Shown piece by piece: positions 23,291 through 37,174 of a DNA stretch of 64,000 nucleotides. A model generated the notes under the pieces. It was not told the DNA's origin, did no database searches, and saw only the letters and a list, made by a program, of their open reading frames with translations. Location of the stretch: positions 3,150,677 to 3,214,676 of the forward strand of contig MU054117.1 in the NCBI GenBank assembly GCA_013239625.1, in the 5' to 3' direction. Position numbers and translations under genes: made by a program. The stretch comes from Lama guanicoe. Lineage: Eukaryota. Numbering within the stretch: position 1 is the stretch's first letter; each line of letters starts with the position of its first letter.

Positions 23291-24249
23291 CTGTGCCTGG
23301 TCGGCTTCAGCCTTTCCGCGGCCAGCCTGGGGAATGCTCCTGGCTCTCGGCTCGCTTGAACTCTCTTATCGTCCTGCTTTGTGGGTCAGCAGATGAAGGG
23401 CCTGGGAAGTCATGCTGAGGGACAGAACTCAGGCAGCACATTCTTAAGCTCGCAGCGGGGGGAGGCCAGAGGAGAGAGGAGACGAGAGTAGGGATGGGCT
23501 GAGCCCTCCGTGTCTCAGGAAACGCAGGCAGGTGACGCGAGAGTCCAGAACTGAGGGGCCGGGCTTCGGGGGCAGTATCAGAGGAGATGGGGTGAGGCGC
23601 CAGTCCTGGAGGAGACCAGAGAACCTCCACCCACGGGTCTCGCAGAGCCGGGGTGCGTCCCTCCACTGCTCACTGCTGGGTAGGGAACAGACACACAGGA
23701 GGTGACTTCTGGAGCCCCTCCCTACATCAGGTTCGTCATGAGACCATGAGGTGAGCAAGTGACGGACAAGTTCATGTTTTAAGTAACCCCAGATGTGTCT
23801 GAAGGTCTGTCAAAGTCCAGGGTAACGGGGGAATGGGGCACAGATGGGCGGTTGTAGAAACCATCCAGGTGCCTCAGGAAGGGGGCATGGCAGCCAACCG
23901 AGCGTGTGGAGCGAGGCCCCAGGAGAACATGCTTCTGGAACCAGGAGGGCTCGCTGTCGGCTTCATGGACTGCGTTTTCCCTTCGTTCTCCTGGGCAGCC
24001 CCAAGCACTACCCTTTGATTGTCTGGACCGACTTCTCCCCCAAGACACCTCCCATTCTTCCCCTTCCCCGGGCACCCCCAGTCACAGCCAATCTGCACGA
24101 CGCAGCTGAGCCAGACGGGGGATATTCTCAGCCTTTTCCTCCAAACCACGTTCAAGCATCACTGGAGACACAAAAGTCTTCGGGAAAAAAAAAAAAGGCA
24201 CCTCCAGCAGAGACTGGACACTGGGTTGACCTCACGTTTAGCCCAGCAA

Positions 24250-24491
24250 GCTTGTGTTCCGCCTCGCCGGGCCGCTGGGAGCTGTGCGATCCCAGGGCCG
24301 GGACGCGCGCCCCTCTTGCCGGCCGTCCCTCCCCGCCGGTCTCCGCTCCGTCTCCCACGCAGCGCCCCCCGGAGCGCGTGCCGTCCCAGCCTGGTTAGTT
24401 CTGAGCTGCAGCAAGAGGCCGGGTGGTGAATTTGCACAGAGAGGGGTCCCACGTTATCGTCATCGATTTGGTTTCTGAGCTTCAGGTAAGC
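24250..24491 (+). promoter_or_regulatory. Small CpG island with a candidate first exon ending at 24485
   Basis: CpG-dense 24255-24385 followed by near-consensus donor CAG|GTAAGC. Confidence 0.45.
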
Positions 24492-24824
24492 AAGTCGTGA
24501 GAACCCAGACAGCAAGGTGTTACCCCAAAATGTATCTGAATCTCTTTTACGTTCCCCAGTTTAGGAAGTGTGGTTTCTTTGGCCTTTTATTTCCATAAAA
24601 GTGTCTCTTGCTTGACTGTGGGTTTCTTGAAGGCAGGCACCGTGCTTCTCTCTGTTTCTGCCTGGTGCACAGCTCACTGCCTAAGTACTTGATAAACAAA
24701 TCACACTGTTCAAAAAGGGGAGAAAACACCGGCTAGACGCCGGGGTGGGTTAGCTGGATCAGACAGGATCGGGCCCAAGGGTATGGAAAGCACATCTGAA
24801 ACATTCCGAAAATAAACCGAAGTG

Positions 24825-24920
24825 CTCCCTCCTGGCTGTGTTTTAGGATCATCCAGAGAGCTTTTAAAGCACATGGGTGTTCAGGCTCCATCCTGGACCA
24901 GTTGAAATCAGAGCGGAGCC
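24825..24920. mobile_element. MER5-like hAT-Charlie fragment
   Basis: TTAGGATCATCCAGAGAGCTTTTAAAG...CAGGCTCCATCCTGGACCAGTTGAAATCAGA. Confidence 0.65.
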
Positions 24921-25184
24921 TTTGAAAGCTCCCACGCGCCTCCCAAGGGGATCCAAGGCTGAGAACTACGGACTGAGCCCCGTTTGCCTTTCCCGTTGGA
25001 AAGCCCGCCTGACACTGTGCCTGTCCCACCGGTGGTGGGTTCAGCCTCTACCAGTTGACACACGTTAGGGAAATCCTTCCATCCACAGACGTTTTTTTAT
25101 TTGCATGGAGCCAGACAGGCAACACCCAGGTTTGGTGAACCATCTGGGCCATTGGGAATGTCAATATAACTTGGTTACTGTCTC

Positions 25185-25480
25185 CATTTCATGAGTATTT
25201 AGTAAGCCCAACAGGATGCCAGGAGGGTTATGAAAGGACCTAAGGCAAGGTGCCTTGTTTCCAGGAGACAAACAAGGCTGAGGCAGTACCTGTGAGCCTT
25301 TATAACGCAAAGCATCAGCCAGTGGATGCCAAAGTGCATGGTGAGGATCAAGATGGTGGTGGGAGTTCAGAGGACACAGTGAGTTACACAGGGAGGTCAG
25401 TGTTGAGCTGGACCTCAAAGGATGAGTAGGATTTGAAGAGGTGGAAGAGGGGGAAAGAGAACTTCCAATTCCAAGCACTA
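25185..25480 (-). mobile_element. L2 fragment
   Basis: TTGAGCTGGACCTCAAAGGATGAGTAGGATTTG, antisense L2. Confidence 0.6.
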
Positions 25481-27802
25481 GTGATGTAGGGCTGGACAAT
25501 GATGTGTTCTTTTGCCACCCCTGCCCCTCCCACCAGCCCCTGAAATGCATCTGGTTCTCACTGGTCCCAGGTGAAAATCCAACAGGCATGCAGCATTTTT
25601 CTCATCAGCTCTCCCTTCTTGGTCCTTCGCATCTGGACCAGAAGCCCCCCCAGTTCCCTTGATTCAGTGATAGGTCTGGATTCCTTGGTCTTATGATCGG
25701 GGCTTGGTTCCTCACATTCTTGCCTTCAGCATGTCTGACATTGTCACCTGAGAGGTGGTTACTCGTAGGTGTGGCTCCTGGACTTCTCTCCAGCAGAGCC
25801 AGCCCACTCTCTCTTCTCCACACCAGCTGTGCCCCAGAATTCTAAGGCTGTGTCTCAGCCAGAGCAATGAGGAGGGGAGCGGCTGATGTCCGAGCCTTCG
25901 AGAGAGCCTCTCAGCCTTCCTCACATCATGGAGCGGGTAAGAACACTGATAACATTCACACAGTAAATGGGGCTCCTGGCTCTCTGCTGTTGTGCGGAGG
26001 TGACCTGCCTGGAGGGCTGAGGGGATGGGTGTCTGCGCCCCGGGCCTGGGCTGCTGTGCCCCAGAGGGAAAGCCGGGTCCCAGGCAGCTCTGCTGCCAGC
26101 TGATGCCCTGACCAGTGCAACTGCTCTCAGTTAGGTTGCCCTCACCATTGAAAGAAAAAAGAGGAAACATTTAAAAGTAATACAGATGTTGAAGCCAAAA
26201 ATGAAATATTTTGGCTTCAAGAACTAGGATTTGATTGCTTGGTAGGGCACGGAGAACTGGTTCAGACTTGAGCAAGAATGTGCCTCTTGTCACAATTCTT
26301 GGAAAAGATAAAAATCCTCAAGGTGCCGAGCAGCACTGCTTCTCCCCGTGGGGCAGGGCCCTCCTCTTGCTGATGAAACGTGGTCCAGCCGCGGAGGAAC
26401 TACGATCTGGTGGTGGGTGCCCATGCCGTAGTGGGAGCAAGATGGGATGGAGGCAGGTTCCGGCGTTGCTGCTCCTCGGGAGGGTCCATCCGAAGGGCAA
26501 ATCAGCCCTCAGGGGTACGTACAAAAGTCCACTGGGGCCCAGGCAGGAAGTGGTGAAAGCATTTAAGACAACACAGTTGAATGTCCCAACAGGCCGGGGA
26601 GAAAGGCAACAGGCCACTCTAGAGACTTAAAGTCCAGGCAGGAGGGTGGGTCGCCAGCACTGCCAGACTCCTGGACCTCCAAGGCTAAGAGTGAGCAAGC
26701 GTCATGGGCACCAGGACTGCCGCTTCCCCACACTGCCGCCATGCTGGGGAGAGCCCAATGGGCAGGGATTCCAGAGCCAAACTGGAGAACCACATCACCA
26801 GCCAGGTAGTCTGGATGAACAATTCAGAAAGAGAGAGAGAGAGACAGAGAGAGAGGCAAGCCTACAATTGGAGAAAGGCTGGGGGAAGCTAAACCAGGAC
26901 ACCAACTGGGAGCAGAATTAAAGCAAAGCCGAGAGTGATGGCTTCAGAGTCAGGGGCCATGTCTCCTGTATCTCTCTGATTCTGTCCCTAGCACGGAGCT
27001 GCCATGTGGTTGAATTCATTATTTTTTTTTTAATGAGTGGATGAATATAGGGCTGAGCCTGAAGTCGTACGATCAAGATGCTCACGCCGCAGAACCACGG
27101 CTGCAGCGGCTGAGGAATCAGGCCAGGCATGCTGGGCTGGGGCCGAGGGGGGCGTCCGCTTCCTGAGAGAACCAAGGCCCAGGGTGACTGACAGCCTCAA
27201 CAGCTCCGCCTCGCGGAATTCCGGAGTGCTCGCGGGTTCACAGAGGACACTCAGCACCTTCTCTGTGCACCTGATCTGCACCACCCCTGCTGGGGATGTC
27301 CAGGCGTGGGTTAGAAGCGCTCCCCGTCCTCTGACCCGGGTTTTCTTCCTTGAGTGCCCCTCAGGTGGAGTGGAAGCCAGCGGATTGTTCATCTGCGGCA
27401 CATGTGGAGCGGGAAGTCGGGAGGCCAGCGGGAGGACGCTTGGCTCCATCCAAAAGCCGCTGCACAGAGAGCCCTGGTGGACAAGGGGCCAGGGGGCCGG
27501 AATAAATACTGAACTTTCATTCTGAAACACTGTGCGGGTGTGACTGCGGTTCCCACCAAACTGCTCGGGGCCCTCTCTCTACTGAACGTCATCTACTTGT
27601 TCGTTCTTTCCTTCATTTACTTACTGTCTTAATTTTTCAGTGTATTTGTCAGTTTGGGAGAGAGGTTGGGAGAGGGGGAGGAGGCAAACAGAAGTTGAGT
27701 CAAGACACTCTTCCATCGCAGAGAAAGGAAACAAAACCACAGGTGGAAAGTCAAGGGGGAAAAAGTGCTGACAGGCTTCGAGGTCTTTGACTCGCAGCTG
27801 TA

Positions 27803-29890
27803 TTTTTTTTTAAACCCTTTTTATTTTGGAGTAATTTTAGACTTACCAAAACGGTGCAAAGACAGAAGAGTTCCCGTATATCTCTCACCCAGCTTCCCCC
27901 AGTGTTAGCATCTTACCTAACCACGGTTCGTGTGCCAAAACCAAGACCGTGACTTTGGTGCCGTACGCTTAGCTAAGCTCGGTGGTTTTCTCAGTGCCAC
28001 CCGTTCCCCACTTCTCTCCTTTCTCTGTTCCAGGACCCAGCCCAGAATCCCACGTTGCATTTAATCATCATAGCTTCTTACGTCTCCTTTGATCTGTGTT
28101 GGTTTCTCTGTTTTTTTTTTTCTTGTTGTTTATGACCTTGACAGTTTTAAAGGGTGATGGTCAAGTATTTTGAGAATGTCTCTCCATTTAGGTTTATCTC
28201 ATGTTGTCTCATGATTAGACTCAGGTTATGGGTTTGGGGAAAGAATGCCATGACAAGGAAGTGCCATTCTCCCTACAGCATTTCAGGGGATACAAGCCAC
28301 CAATGACATTACTGGTGACCACTAGACTACGGGGGTGTCTTTCTGTAGAGTTACTGTTTTTCCATAGAGTTATTATTTTTTATCTTTCTATATTCTAGTC
28401 TTTGGAAGCAAGTCACTAAGTCCAAGCCACACTCAGAGGGAGAAGAATTAAACCATACTTCTGGGAGAGGGGTTATCTATGTATATTATTTGAAATTCCT
28501 CAGTAGGGGAGATTAGTCCCTTCTCACTCCTATATGTATTAAATGGTTTACTTACTGACTTGAAAGAATAAAAATTTGTTCTTTCACAGTTCAAGGGGGT
28601 GGAGGTCTGAAATCAAGGTGTTGGCAGGGTTGGTTCCTACTAGAAGTTTTGGGTGAGGACCATCCCATTTCATGCCTCGCTCCCAGTTTTTGGAGGTCAC
28701 CGTAATGCTGGGCATACCTTCGCTTTAAATGCATCAGTCCAACATCTACCTCCATATCCACCCATATCAACTTCTCCTCAGTGTGTGNNNNNNNNNNNNN
28801 NNNNNNNNNNNNNNNNNNNNNNNNNNNNNNNNNNNNNNNNNNNNNNNNNNNNNNNNNNNNNNNNNNNNNNNNNNNNNNNNNNNNNNNNNNNNNNNNNNNN
28901 NNNNNNNNNNNNNNNNNNNNNNNGCTATTCCAGTGAACACGAATTTTGAGGGGACACAGTTCAACCGAATACCATCAATATGGACTCATGAAGATTTATT
29001 TTATGCTTTAGATTAGAATCTACTTATTTGATGGTTTATTCCCTCAAATGGTTTTAGGCTTGGCCCTTGGGAGCTCTCTCAGGTGAGCATTCGTACCCTT
29101 TTGACATGTTTCCACTTTTCCTTTTCTTTTAATCTCTTTCATTTTCCTTCCTCTTCTCTGTCGCTGTTTCCCTTTCTCTGTGTGTCTTCCTCATTTTCTG
29201 ACACTAAAAGATGCTCCAGGCTCATCTTATATTTTTCCTGTCCCAGCCCTAGAATCAGCCATTTCTCCATAGAGCCCTGATTCCTTTTATTGCAAATGCT
29301 ACTTAGAAATAAGGATCCAAGTGCTAAGTACGTTTGATGTTACAGGGTGTGGCTTCTGGGCTGTCTTTAGGGACAGTTAGAAATATATATATATTTATCA
29401 TAGTAACACATATGTACATATATGTGCCAAGTCATGTATACACGTGTATCTATATACATATTTCTGTATCTGTAGATCTGTGTACGTATTAAAAGTTCTT
29501 TCTGTTACCTCCAACTCTAATTCAGCACCCCGGACTCTAGCCTTCTCTCCAGCTAAATTGTAATTACTTTTTCTGATGGTGAGAAATTCGGCTCTTTTTA
29601 TCCACAGTTTATTTGTTCAGACCCAGTCTACACATAAAGTGGTTTCAGAATTGCTAACCTGCACCTCTGTGAGAAACAAAGTTTCCAATGAGAATACAGT
29701 GTTTTGGGCAGTTCTTTTTGTCTGTAGCCTTACAGTTTCCAGTTAAAACACCATCTCCCACAGGCACTTCAGCCCGTTCCCTCCCCTCGCCCCGCCCTCA
29801 GTGAGGTTCTGTCAGACATTTGCAATACGGTTAGATTCATTTGTCAAAGTCTCCATTACATTCAAGGATTTTCCCAACCTCCTGGTTGAT
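27803..29890 (-). mobile_element. Old L1 (L1MC4-like) 3' region, interrupted by an MLT LTR
   Basis: TTTTATTTTGGAGTAATTTTAGACTTAC...CACCCAGCTTCCCCCAGTGTTAGCATCTTAC; AAGATGCTCCAGGCTCATCTTATATTTTTCCTG. Confidence 0.75.
28545..28972 (-). mobile_element. MLT1-type (MaLR) solo LTR containing gap 28788-28923
   Basis: TCACAGTTC...GTCTGAAATCAAGGTGTTGGCAGGGTTGGTTCC and end GGGGACACAGTTCAACC. Confidence 0.8.
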
Positions 29891-31375
29891 TTTTTTTTAA
29901 TAGACTTTATTTTTAGAGCAGCTGTAGGTTCACAGAAACAATGAGCAGAAGATACTGAGATTTCCCACATGGCCTCTGCCCCACACATGCACAGCCTCCC
30001 CGTTATCAGCGTCCCTCACCAAAATGATACATCTTTTATGACTGATGAGCCTACATTGACACATAATCACCCAAAGTCTGCAGTTTTCATTAGGGTTCAC
30101 TTTTGGTGTTCTGCGTTCTGTGGATTTGGACTAAGGTGTAATGACATTTATCCACCATTATACTATCATACAGAGTATTTTCACTGCCCTAAAAATCCTC
30201 TGTGCTCTGCCTTTTCTTCCCTTCTCCCTCTCCCCTAGCCCCTGGCAGCCACTGATCTTTTTACTATCCCCATAATTCTGCCTTTTCCATTATGTCGTAC
30301 AGTTGGAACACACAGTATACAGCATTTCTGTAGCTTAATATCTCTTTTCTTCATATTGCTGAATAATATTCCATTGTCTGGCTGTACCACAGTTAACTGT
30401 GCACCTACTGAAGGACATCTTGGCTGCTCCCAAGTTTTGGCAATTACGAATTAAGCCACTATAAAGATTTGTGCATAGAATGTTGTGTGGATATAAGTTT
30501 TCAGCTCCTTTGGATAAATGCCAAATCGTGTGATTTCTGGATTTTATGGTAGCTTATGTTTGGTTTTGTAAGAAAACACCAAGCTGCCTTCCAAAGTGGC
30601 CGTACCACTCGCCCCAGCAGTGAATGAGAGCTCCTGTTGCTCTGTCTCCTTATCAGCATTCGATGTTGTCAGTGTTTAGGATTTTGGCCACTCTCATAGG
30701 TGTGTACTGATATCTCATTTTTGCTTAAGTTTAGACACCCTGATGACACACGTTGTGAAACATCTTTTCCTATGCTCATTTGCCATCTGAATGCCCTCTT
30801 TGGTGAGGTGTGTGTTAAGGTCATTGGCTCATTTTTTTAATTATGTTTTTTGTGTTCCTATTATTGAGTTTTGAGGATTCTTTGTATATTTTAGATAATA
30901 GTCCTTTATCACATGTATTTTTTGCAAGTATTTTCTACCAGTCTGTGGGCTGTCTTTTCATTCTTTTGACAGTATGTCTCAGAGAACAGAAAAATGTTCA
31001 TTTTAATGAAGCCCAGCTTATCTGTTGTTTATGTTGTGGGTCACGGCTGTGGTGGTGTATCTGAAAAGTAGTCACCAAACCCAAGATCATCTAAATTCTT
31101 TCCTATATTATCTTCTGAAAGTTTTACAGTTTTTCATTTTAGATTTAGCTCTGTGATCCATTTCGGGTTGATTTTTGTGAAGGTGTAAGGTCTACGCCTA
31201 GATTTAATTTTGTTTTCCATGTGGATGTCCAGTTGTTCCAGCACCATTTGTTGAAATGTTGGAAAAAACTGACGTTTCTCCTTTGTATTGCCTTTGCTCT
31301 TTTGTCAAAGACTGTTAACTGTAATTAAGTGGGTCTGTCTCTGGACTGTCTGTTCTGTTCCATTGATCTGTTCCC
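29891..31375 (-). mobile_element. L1MC1-like 3' UTR plus ORF2 end
   Basis: ATAGACTTTATTTTTAGAGCAGCTGTAGGTTCACAG...; TGTGGATGTCCAGTTGTTCCAGCACCATTTGTTGAA. Confidence 0.85.
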
Positions 31376-31839
31376 TCTTGACCACTTTAGCTTTACAGCT
31401 CAGGTTTTCCTACCCAGGTTCCCAAAGAGATTTCTATCCATGGATTTCTGCTCCAGTAAGTAATGATTCTCTGTATTTACCAGTCTTTCTCCCTAATTTG
31501 GGGTGTAACAATTTGCCCTGGGACCTCTTGTCTCGTACGGATCTATGAAGTGTTGTTGATTTTTCAGTTTTTCACTCTTGTCAGGACAAGTTGTGATTTC
31601 CAAGCTTCTTTCATGTTGGAACAGAAACTGGAAATCATGATCTGTTTAAAAATTTGTACGCGGTAAGGCCGACTCTTTGTGGTACGCAGCCGTCAGGCTT
31701 TTGACCAGCGCCCACAGCCAGGTACTCACCACCCCGAGACCGTACAAAACAGCTCCATCACACAAAGCATTCCCTGTTTTCCATATTTCAGTCAATGAGA
31801 AGCACTAATCGTTTCTTCAAGATCCTACTCTTGAAAAAA

Positions 31840-32090
31840 TCCACTCCGTCCTTCAGGTCTTTGCTCAAAGGTCTCCTTTCCAACGCCACTCGTGCCCGAT
31901 CCTCTCCACTTAAAATGACACCCCGCCACCCTCCTCCCCGCACTTCTGATGAGCTCTTCTTGCCGTAACATCTTACATAACGTACTTCCGTCTTACGCCC
32001 ACTGCCTGCTTTGTTTGCTGATCTATCCCAAGCACCTGGAATACTGTTTATCACATCACAGGCACTCGATAATTTGTCAAGTGGATAAAT
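31840..32090 (+). mobile_element. L2 3' fragment
   Basis: TCCTTCAGGTCTTTGCTCAAAGGTCTCCT...CAGGCACTCGATAATTTGTCAAGTGGATAAATGA. Confidence 0.7.
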
Positions 32091-32279
32091 GATGATTGGG
32101 ATCACTGGGTGAGTGGCAGCTGACTCAGCAGAGCTGGGAACCCCACGGATGCCTGCGGTGGAGGGACGAACAGGAAACCCAGGAGCGGAGGCGCCAAGTA
32201 GTCCTGAAGGTGGGGCTGGAAGCCAGGGCCAGTTCACAGATGACCTGATAGCCCTCTCCCCGCACAGGCAACCAGGCAA

Positions 32280-32825
32280 ATGCTCCTTTCCCACCCATCT
32301 GCTGGTGGACATTTGGGGTGTTTCCAGTTTGGAGCTATTATAAACAGAGCTCCTGTGAACATGTGTGTAAGTCTCTTTGTGGAAAAATGCTTTCACTTCT
32401 CTTGGGTAAATATCCAGGAGAAGCATCGCTGAGTTGTATGGCAGGTGAATATTTAACTTTACAAGAAACGGCCAAACTGTTTTTCAAAGTGGTTGCACCC
32501 TTGCACTCCCACCAGCAACGCATGAGAGTTTTAATTGTTCCACGTCTTTGTTGACACTTGGTTCTGTCAGTCTCTTTAATTTTAGCCATTCTAGGGGGTA
32601 TGAAATGATACCTCACTGAAGCTTCAATTTACACTTCCCGATGACAAATGAAGCTTGGAGCATCCTTTCAGGGATTTATTGGCCATTCATATTTCTTCTT
32701 TTGTGAAGTGTCAGTTTAAATCTTTTGCTCCTTTTTCATTGGGCCATTTGTCTTATTATAGAGGTGTATGTTCTGGATATAAGTCCTTTGTTTGATATAT
32801 GGATCGCAAGTATGTTCTCTGAATT
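32280..32825 (-). mobile_element. Old L1 ORF2 C-terminal fragment
   Basis: ORF 32338..32616 MRYHFIPPRMAKIKET...CWWECK resembles the L1 ORF2 cysteine-rich C-terminus. Confidence 0.9.
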
Positions 32826-33904
32826 CATAAATTTTCTCTATTTGCTGTATTGCAGTCCATTGCAGTCATTATACTTTTTAATGTCCAAATTGTCCTATCT
32901 TTAAGACAAAGCTTTTTTTCAAACAGCACATAGTTGGACCATTTTGTATGGGAGGATGCCAGAAACGCAGCCCTGAGGTTTTAAACAAAATCTATTCAGC
33001 CCACAGTTTAGATTTTTGGGGACAAATCATGAGCGTCGTCTTATAAATACTCCTGATTCCCTTTGGGTCTGATGAGGGAGAAGATGCTGACTGCCTCTTT
33101 AATAAATGATGCCACGCCAGCACGGGATGTGACTCTAAGGATGTAAACTGGGTTTTATAACGAACATGCCAGAGCTTCTCAAACAAAACGTGACTTGTTC
33201 TTCTCACAACTTGAGAGCTGATCAGCCCAGTCCGAAGAAGTTGACTGATGCAACTCAGTAAGCTGTTGAAGCCTTCTTTGAATGCCCTTCAGATTTCATT
33301 CCGGCGTCTCGCAGGAAAATCAACTTGTGCCCTTCAACCATATTTAAAAGCTCTTTGAATATGAGACTTGACCCTGGACCAAGCACAGGACTGGATGCTT
33401 CCTGTCCATGAACACACTTAATCTTACACAAATCCTGGGAGATGGGCGTGATTAGCGCTATCCTGCAGATTACGAAGCGAAGGAAGTTGGTAAAGTGTAA
33501 GCTAGCCGCCTGAGGCGACACCATCACCAGCTGGCAGAGAGGGAGGGCACTTAACCCTGCTTCTCATGCCCCTGAGGCTCTGCTCCTCACAGCCTACCAG
33601 GAGGCCTCCCTGTGTCTTCACTGGGTGCAGAAAAATAAAATCCACTTAAGACGGCAGAAGGCAGGTGAGTGTAGCTTGTCACACACCGTGGACCCCAGAG
33701 TGTGTTGGGGCACGATTTCAAAACTGTCCTTAGCAACAGCCACTCCTGGAGCAAGCGCCCGGCCTCCCAGAGCGATGGTTTCAGAGCAGCCAAGAGCTAG
33801 TGTTTCCCAGGGTCACTAACTTATTGTTTTCACACCTGCTCTTCCCCTTCCTTCCTCTTCTATTATTGTCAATTTTTACTTTTGCCAATGTTTCCAGAAA
33901 GATA

Positions 33905-34990
33905 GACCCAGAGAGCAATGCAACAGAACAGAAAACCAAGGAATAGACCCACAAAAGTGTATTTCTCATCTCATGATTATATGATTTTTTTTCTTCTTTT
34001 GCCAGTTAATACGATGGATTGACCGATTGTCAAATACTGCATCAGCATTGCATCCCTAGGGTAAACCCCTTTTAGTTATGGTGTGTCTTTCTTATTATGT
34101 ATTATTGGATTCTGTTTGCTAATATTTTTTAACGGATTATGTGCTGGGATATTGGTCTGTAGTTCTCTTTTTTGGGTAGTGTTTTGTTGTTTTCTGATCA
34201 ATAATACTGGCTTCATAAAATGGATCGGGAAGTTCTTCCCCTTTTATTTTTTGAAAGAGATTGTGTACAATTAGCGTTAATGCTTCTTTCAGTGCTTTAC
34301 AGAATTCTCCAGTGAAACCATCTGGCTCTGGAGATTTCTTTTGAGGGGAAGTTTAATAATTATGAATTCAATTCTCTTCATTGTTACAGGGCTATTCAAA
34401 ATTTGAATTTCCTATTGAGTGAGCTGTGGTTTGTACCTTTAAGGAAGTTGTCCGTTTCATCTGAGCCTTCGAACCCACGTGTATGGAGTCGTTTGCAGCA
34501 TCCTTCGCTAGCCTTCGGACGCTCGTAGGGTCTGTAGTGATGTCCCGTTACTTCCTAGCGCCTTGGTGCAGCCTGGCGGGGACGAGCGCCCAGGCCCTCC
34601 GCTCAGCGTTCACTGGCCTGGGCGGAGATGGGGGCCCGTGTTTCGTGTGGCTTTAGCTGGAGTAGAGCAGTCACTGTCTAAAAGTTGTCTGCATTGTTAG
34701 ACTGCCCTTCCCCGGTCCTTCGGTGAGAGAGGTTGGGTATGTGGGGGGCTTTGTCTGTGTCCCTTGCTGTTTCCAGGTAGCGGCTCCTTCACTTCCACGT
34801 GTGGGATTTTGAGGCTAATACTGACAACAGAAGCACCAAGGACACCACCCGGGGGCTCGCCGCTGTGTGGCTCTGGGTCCAGGGTTTCTAGCGGATCTGC
34901 CTTCTCGCCACCTTTCGGAATCTTCTTATGTTTCTTTCTATGTAACATCTAGGACCTTCCACTGCACTTAGCAGGAGAAACAAAGAAAAG
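33905..34990 (-). mobile_element. Old L1 ORF2 fragments (mostly - strand; short + strand piece at 33905-33957)
   Basis: TGCATCCCTAGGGTAAACCCC, AGAATTCTCCAGTGAAACCATCTGG (antisense ORF2). Confidence 0.7.
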
Positions 34991-37174
34991 TGTCTCCTGC
35001 GTCTCTGTGAATGTGGACGTCAAGATGTGCACCACCAAGTAACCCGGTGGATATTTCCTAGAGTCTCGCACGGCTAAGATGCTTACAGTTAAGTTGAGGG
35101 GACACAGGCGACACCCATGAACAAGGGATCAGTGTAAGATAAAACTTAATTCAGGGCTAACTTGTGCCGTGTCAGGACACCAGGACAGTACACACTCGAA
35201 GAAGAAAGGGAACAGAAGGAAGGCAGCACAGACACCCACCCTGGGTCGTGTAGTCACAAGACGTTTGCTGCGGCAGCCAGAAGAGCGCCCGGCTTCAGCA
35301 CCTGCAGGTCTGAGCCCTAACTGATAACCACACGAGCTATTTAGTGCTTTGCGTTTGTGTGGACAGGACTCAGTTCAGTGATGTCCCCATGACCCTCGAT
35401 TCTGTCAACTCCGGTGGCAGCTTCGCCTGGAGATGACTAGCACAGTGCGTCGTGTGACCTGAATGATGCCTGGCGCTGCCCGGCGTCCTGGCGTCCACAG
35501 AGCCACACTCCAGACGTGTAAAGACATCTCTTTTCGGAAAGAAAAACTCTCCAGTCTTGCAGGTGTTTCCAGAGAGCTCTTCGATGGGCTCTGGACACGG
35601 AGCTCTGGGTCTCTCCATCTGTGCTCCGGTGTGCTGGCTTGGCGCCCAACACGGCCTAAGGCTCAGAGTTCCGGGGAGGAAGGGAGGTGTGCGCTTTGGT
35701 GCAGCGCGGGCTGTGGCTGGAGTCAGGGTGAGAGAAAGGGCGTGTCGCTGGCAGACACATGCACTGGGGCTCACAGCTTGCCTGAGGAAGGTACAGCTGG
35801 CCCAGAAATTTTAAAAAGTGCTTTCTCATGATTGCCTTCTGCTAACACTGTTCCTTTAGGCCTCAGCTTACCCACCTGTAAACCTCAGGTTCTGGAAAGT
35901 AACTTGCAGGAAGAAGAGAGACATTATTGACGAAGCATATTTAGCTCCACGGAGAATGAGCGTGTGGGCCTCCCACATGAAGGTCACAGCACAGGGTAAG
36001 ACTGTGCCCAGTTATAGCAGAAGCCTGGCTGAGACACCACAGTGACTGAGGCCAGGGCTGAGGACGGGAGCCCGGGGCAGGCTAGGACGAGGCCTTTCTA
36101 TCGGGATGAACAGACCGCCCATCACACGTCCACACCACCACCCAGCTCCGGGGCACTCCGTGTAGACACCAGACCCAGACCCGGCTGCCTGGGTTGGGGG
36201 TGCTGTGGGCTGCTTGTTCCCCTCCCCTCCCCTTTCCCCTCCCCCACAAGAGGGCCTAGAGCCCCTCCGGCTCCCTGTGGGACCGCAGGCACCCCCAGCG
36301 GCCCCGACGTAAATCACTAGAAGGAGGACAGAGGTTCCCGTGGGATTGCCCCGAGAAATGTTGTCTTTTCCCAGGAAATACATGTGACAGCAGATAAAGG
36401 GCCGTGCGGAAAACAAACTTCCCCATGTCGTGCTGGGTGTCAGTGCCTGCTCTCCCCTCTCTCTGCCCCCAACCCCGCTCTCACACACTCGTGCATCCGA
36501 AGACACCACACTGTCCAACTGCCTTCCGGGGGACGGGCTTTCTGGGAAGCATTCCTCTCCGGGACCACAGTCCCGGTTATCTGCTGGGTCCGGCTTCCCC
36601 AGGCCCCGCTACCCCTCCAAGTGGACACAGGCCCCTGGCCTGGCTCACAAGTATCCCAGGGAAGGACATCTCTTGGGACAAGCTGGCTTTGGAGATTTCT
36701 TAGTAACAGTGACCCAGATGCCTGAGAACTTGGGAACAATCCTTAACTTCTGGCCCATTTGACACTCGTGCCAATGGTGACAGATTTGGTTGTCAGATTC
36801 CTCCTGGCCCCAGTGGAGTCAGCGTACCCAGCGGGCTGCCCAGACCCCCACGGTTCCAGCAGAACTCCTGAGCAGAGGCTCCATCTGCCCGGCCCCATCC
36901 TACCCCAAAGACGTGTTCAAGTGTCAGAAGATAAACAACCAGCTTCCAGAAGAGTTCTAGCTGGGTCGCTAAATAACCAGCTTGAGTGTTCTGCGGCAAA
37001 TGGGCTGAGAAAGCCGATCACTGCTTATTCCCAGAAGCCCTCCTTGATCTGCCCAATTCACCGTGACCTCCCCTCTTTAAATCTGGAATGCTCATTACAC
37101 GGCTTTCTCCTGTTACTTCAGCACAATGTTCTGCCTCCCTGGGCCTCGGGACATTTGCTTCTTGATAAATATTA

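Noticed and set aside
29521-29541. REST/RE1-like TTCAGCACCCCGGACTCTAGC
   Set aside because: The right half lacks GGACAG and the site lies inside an old L1
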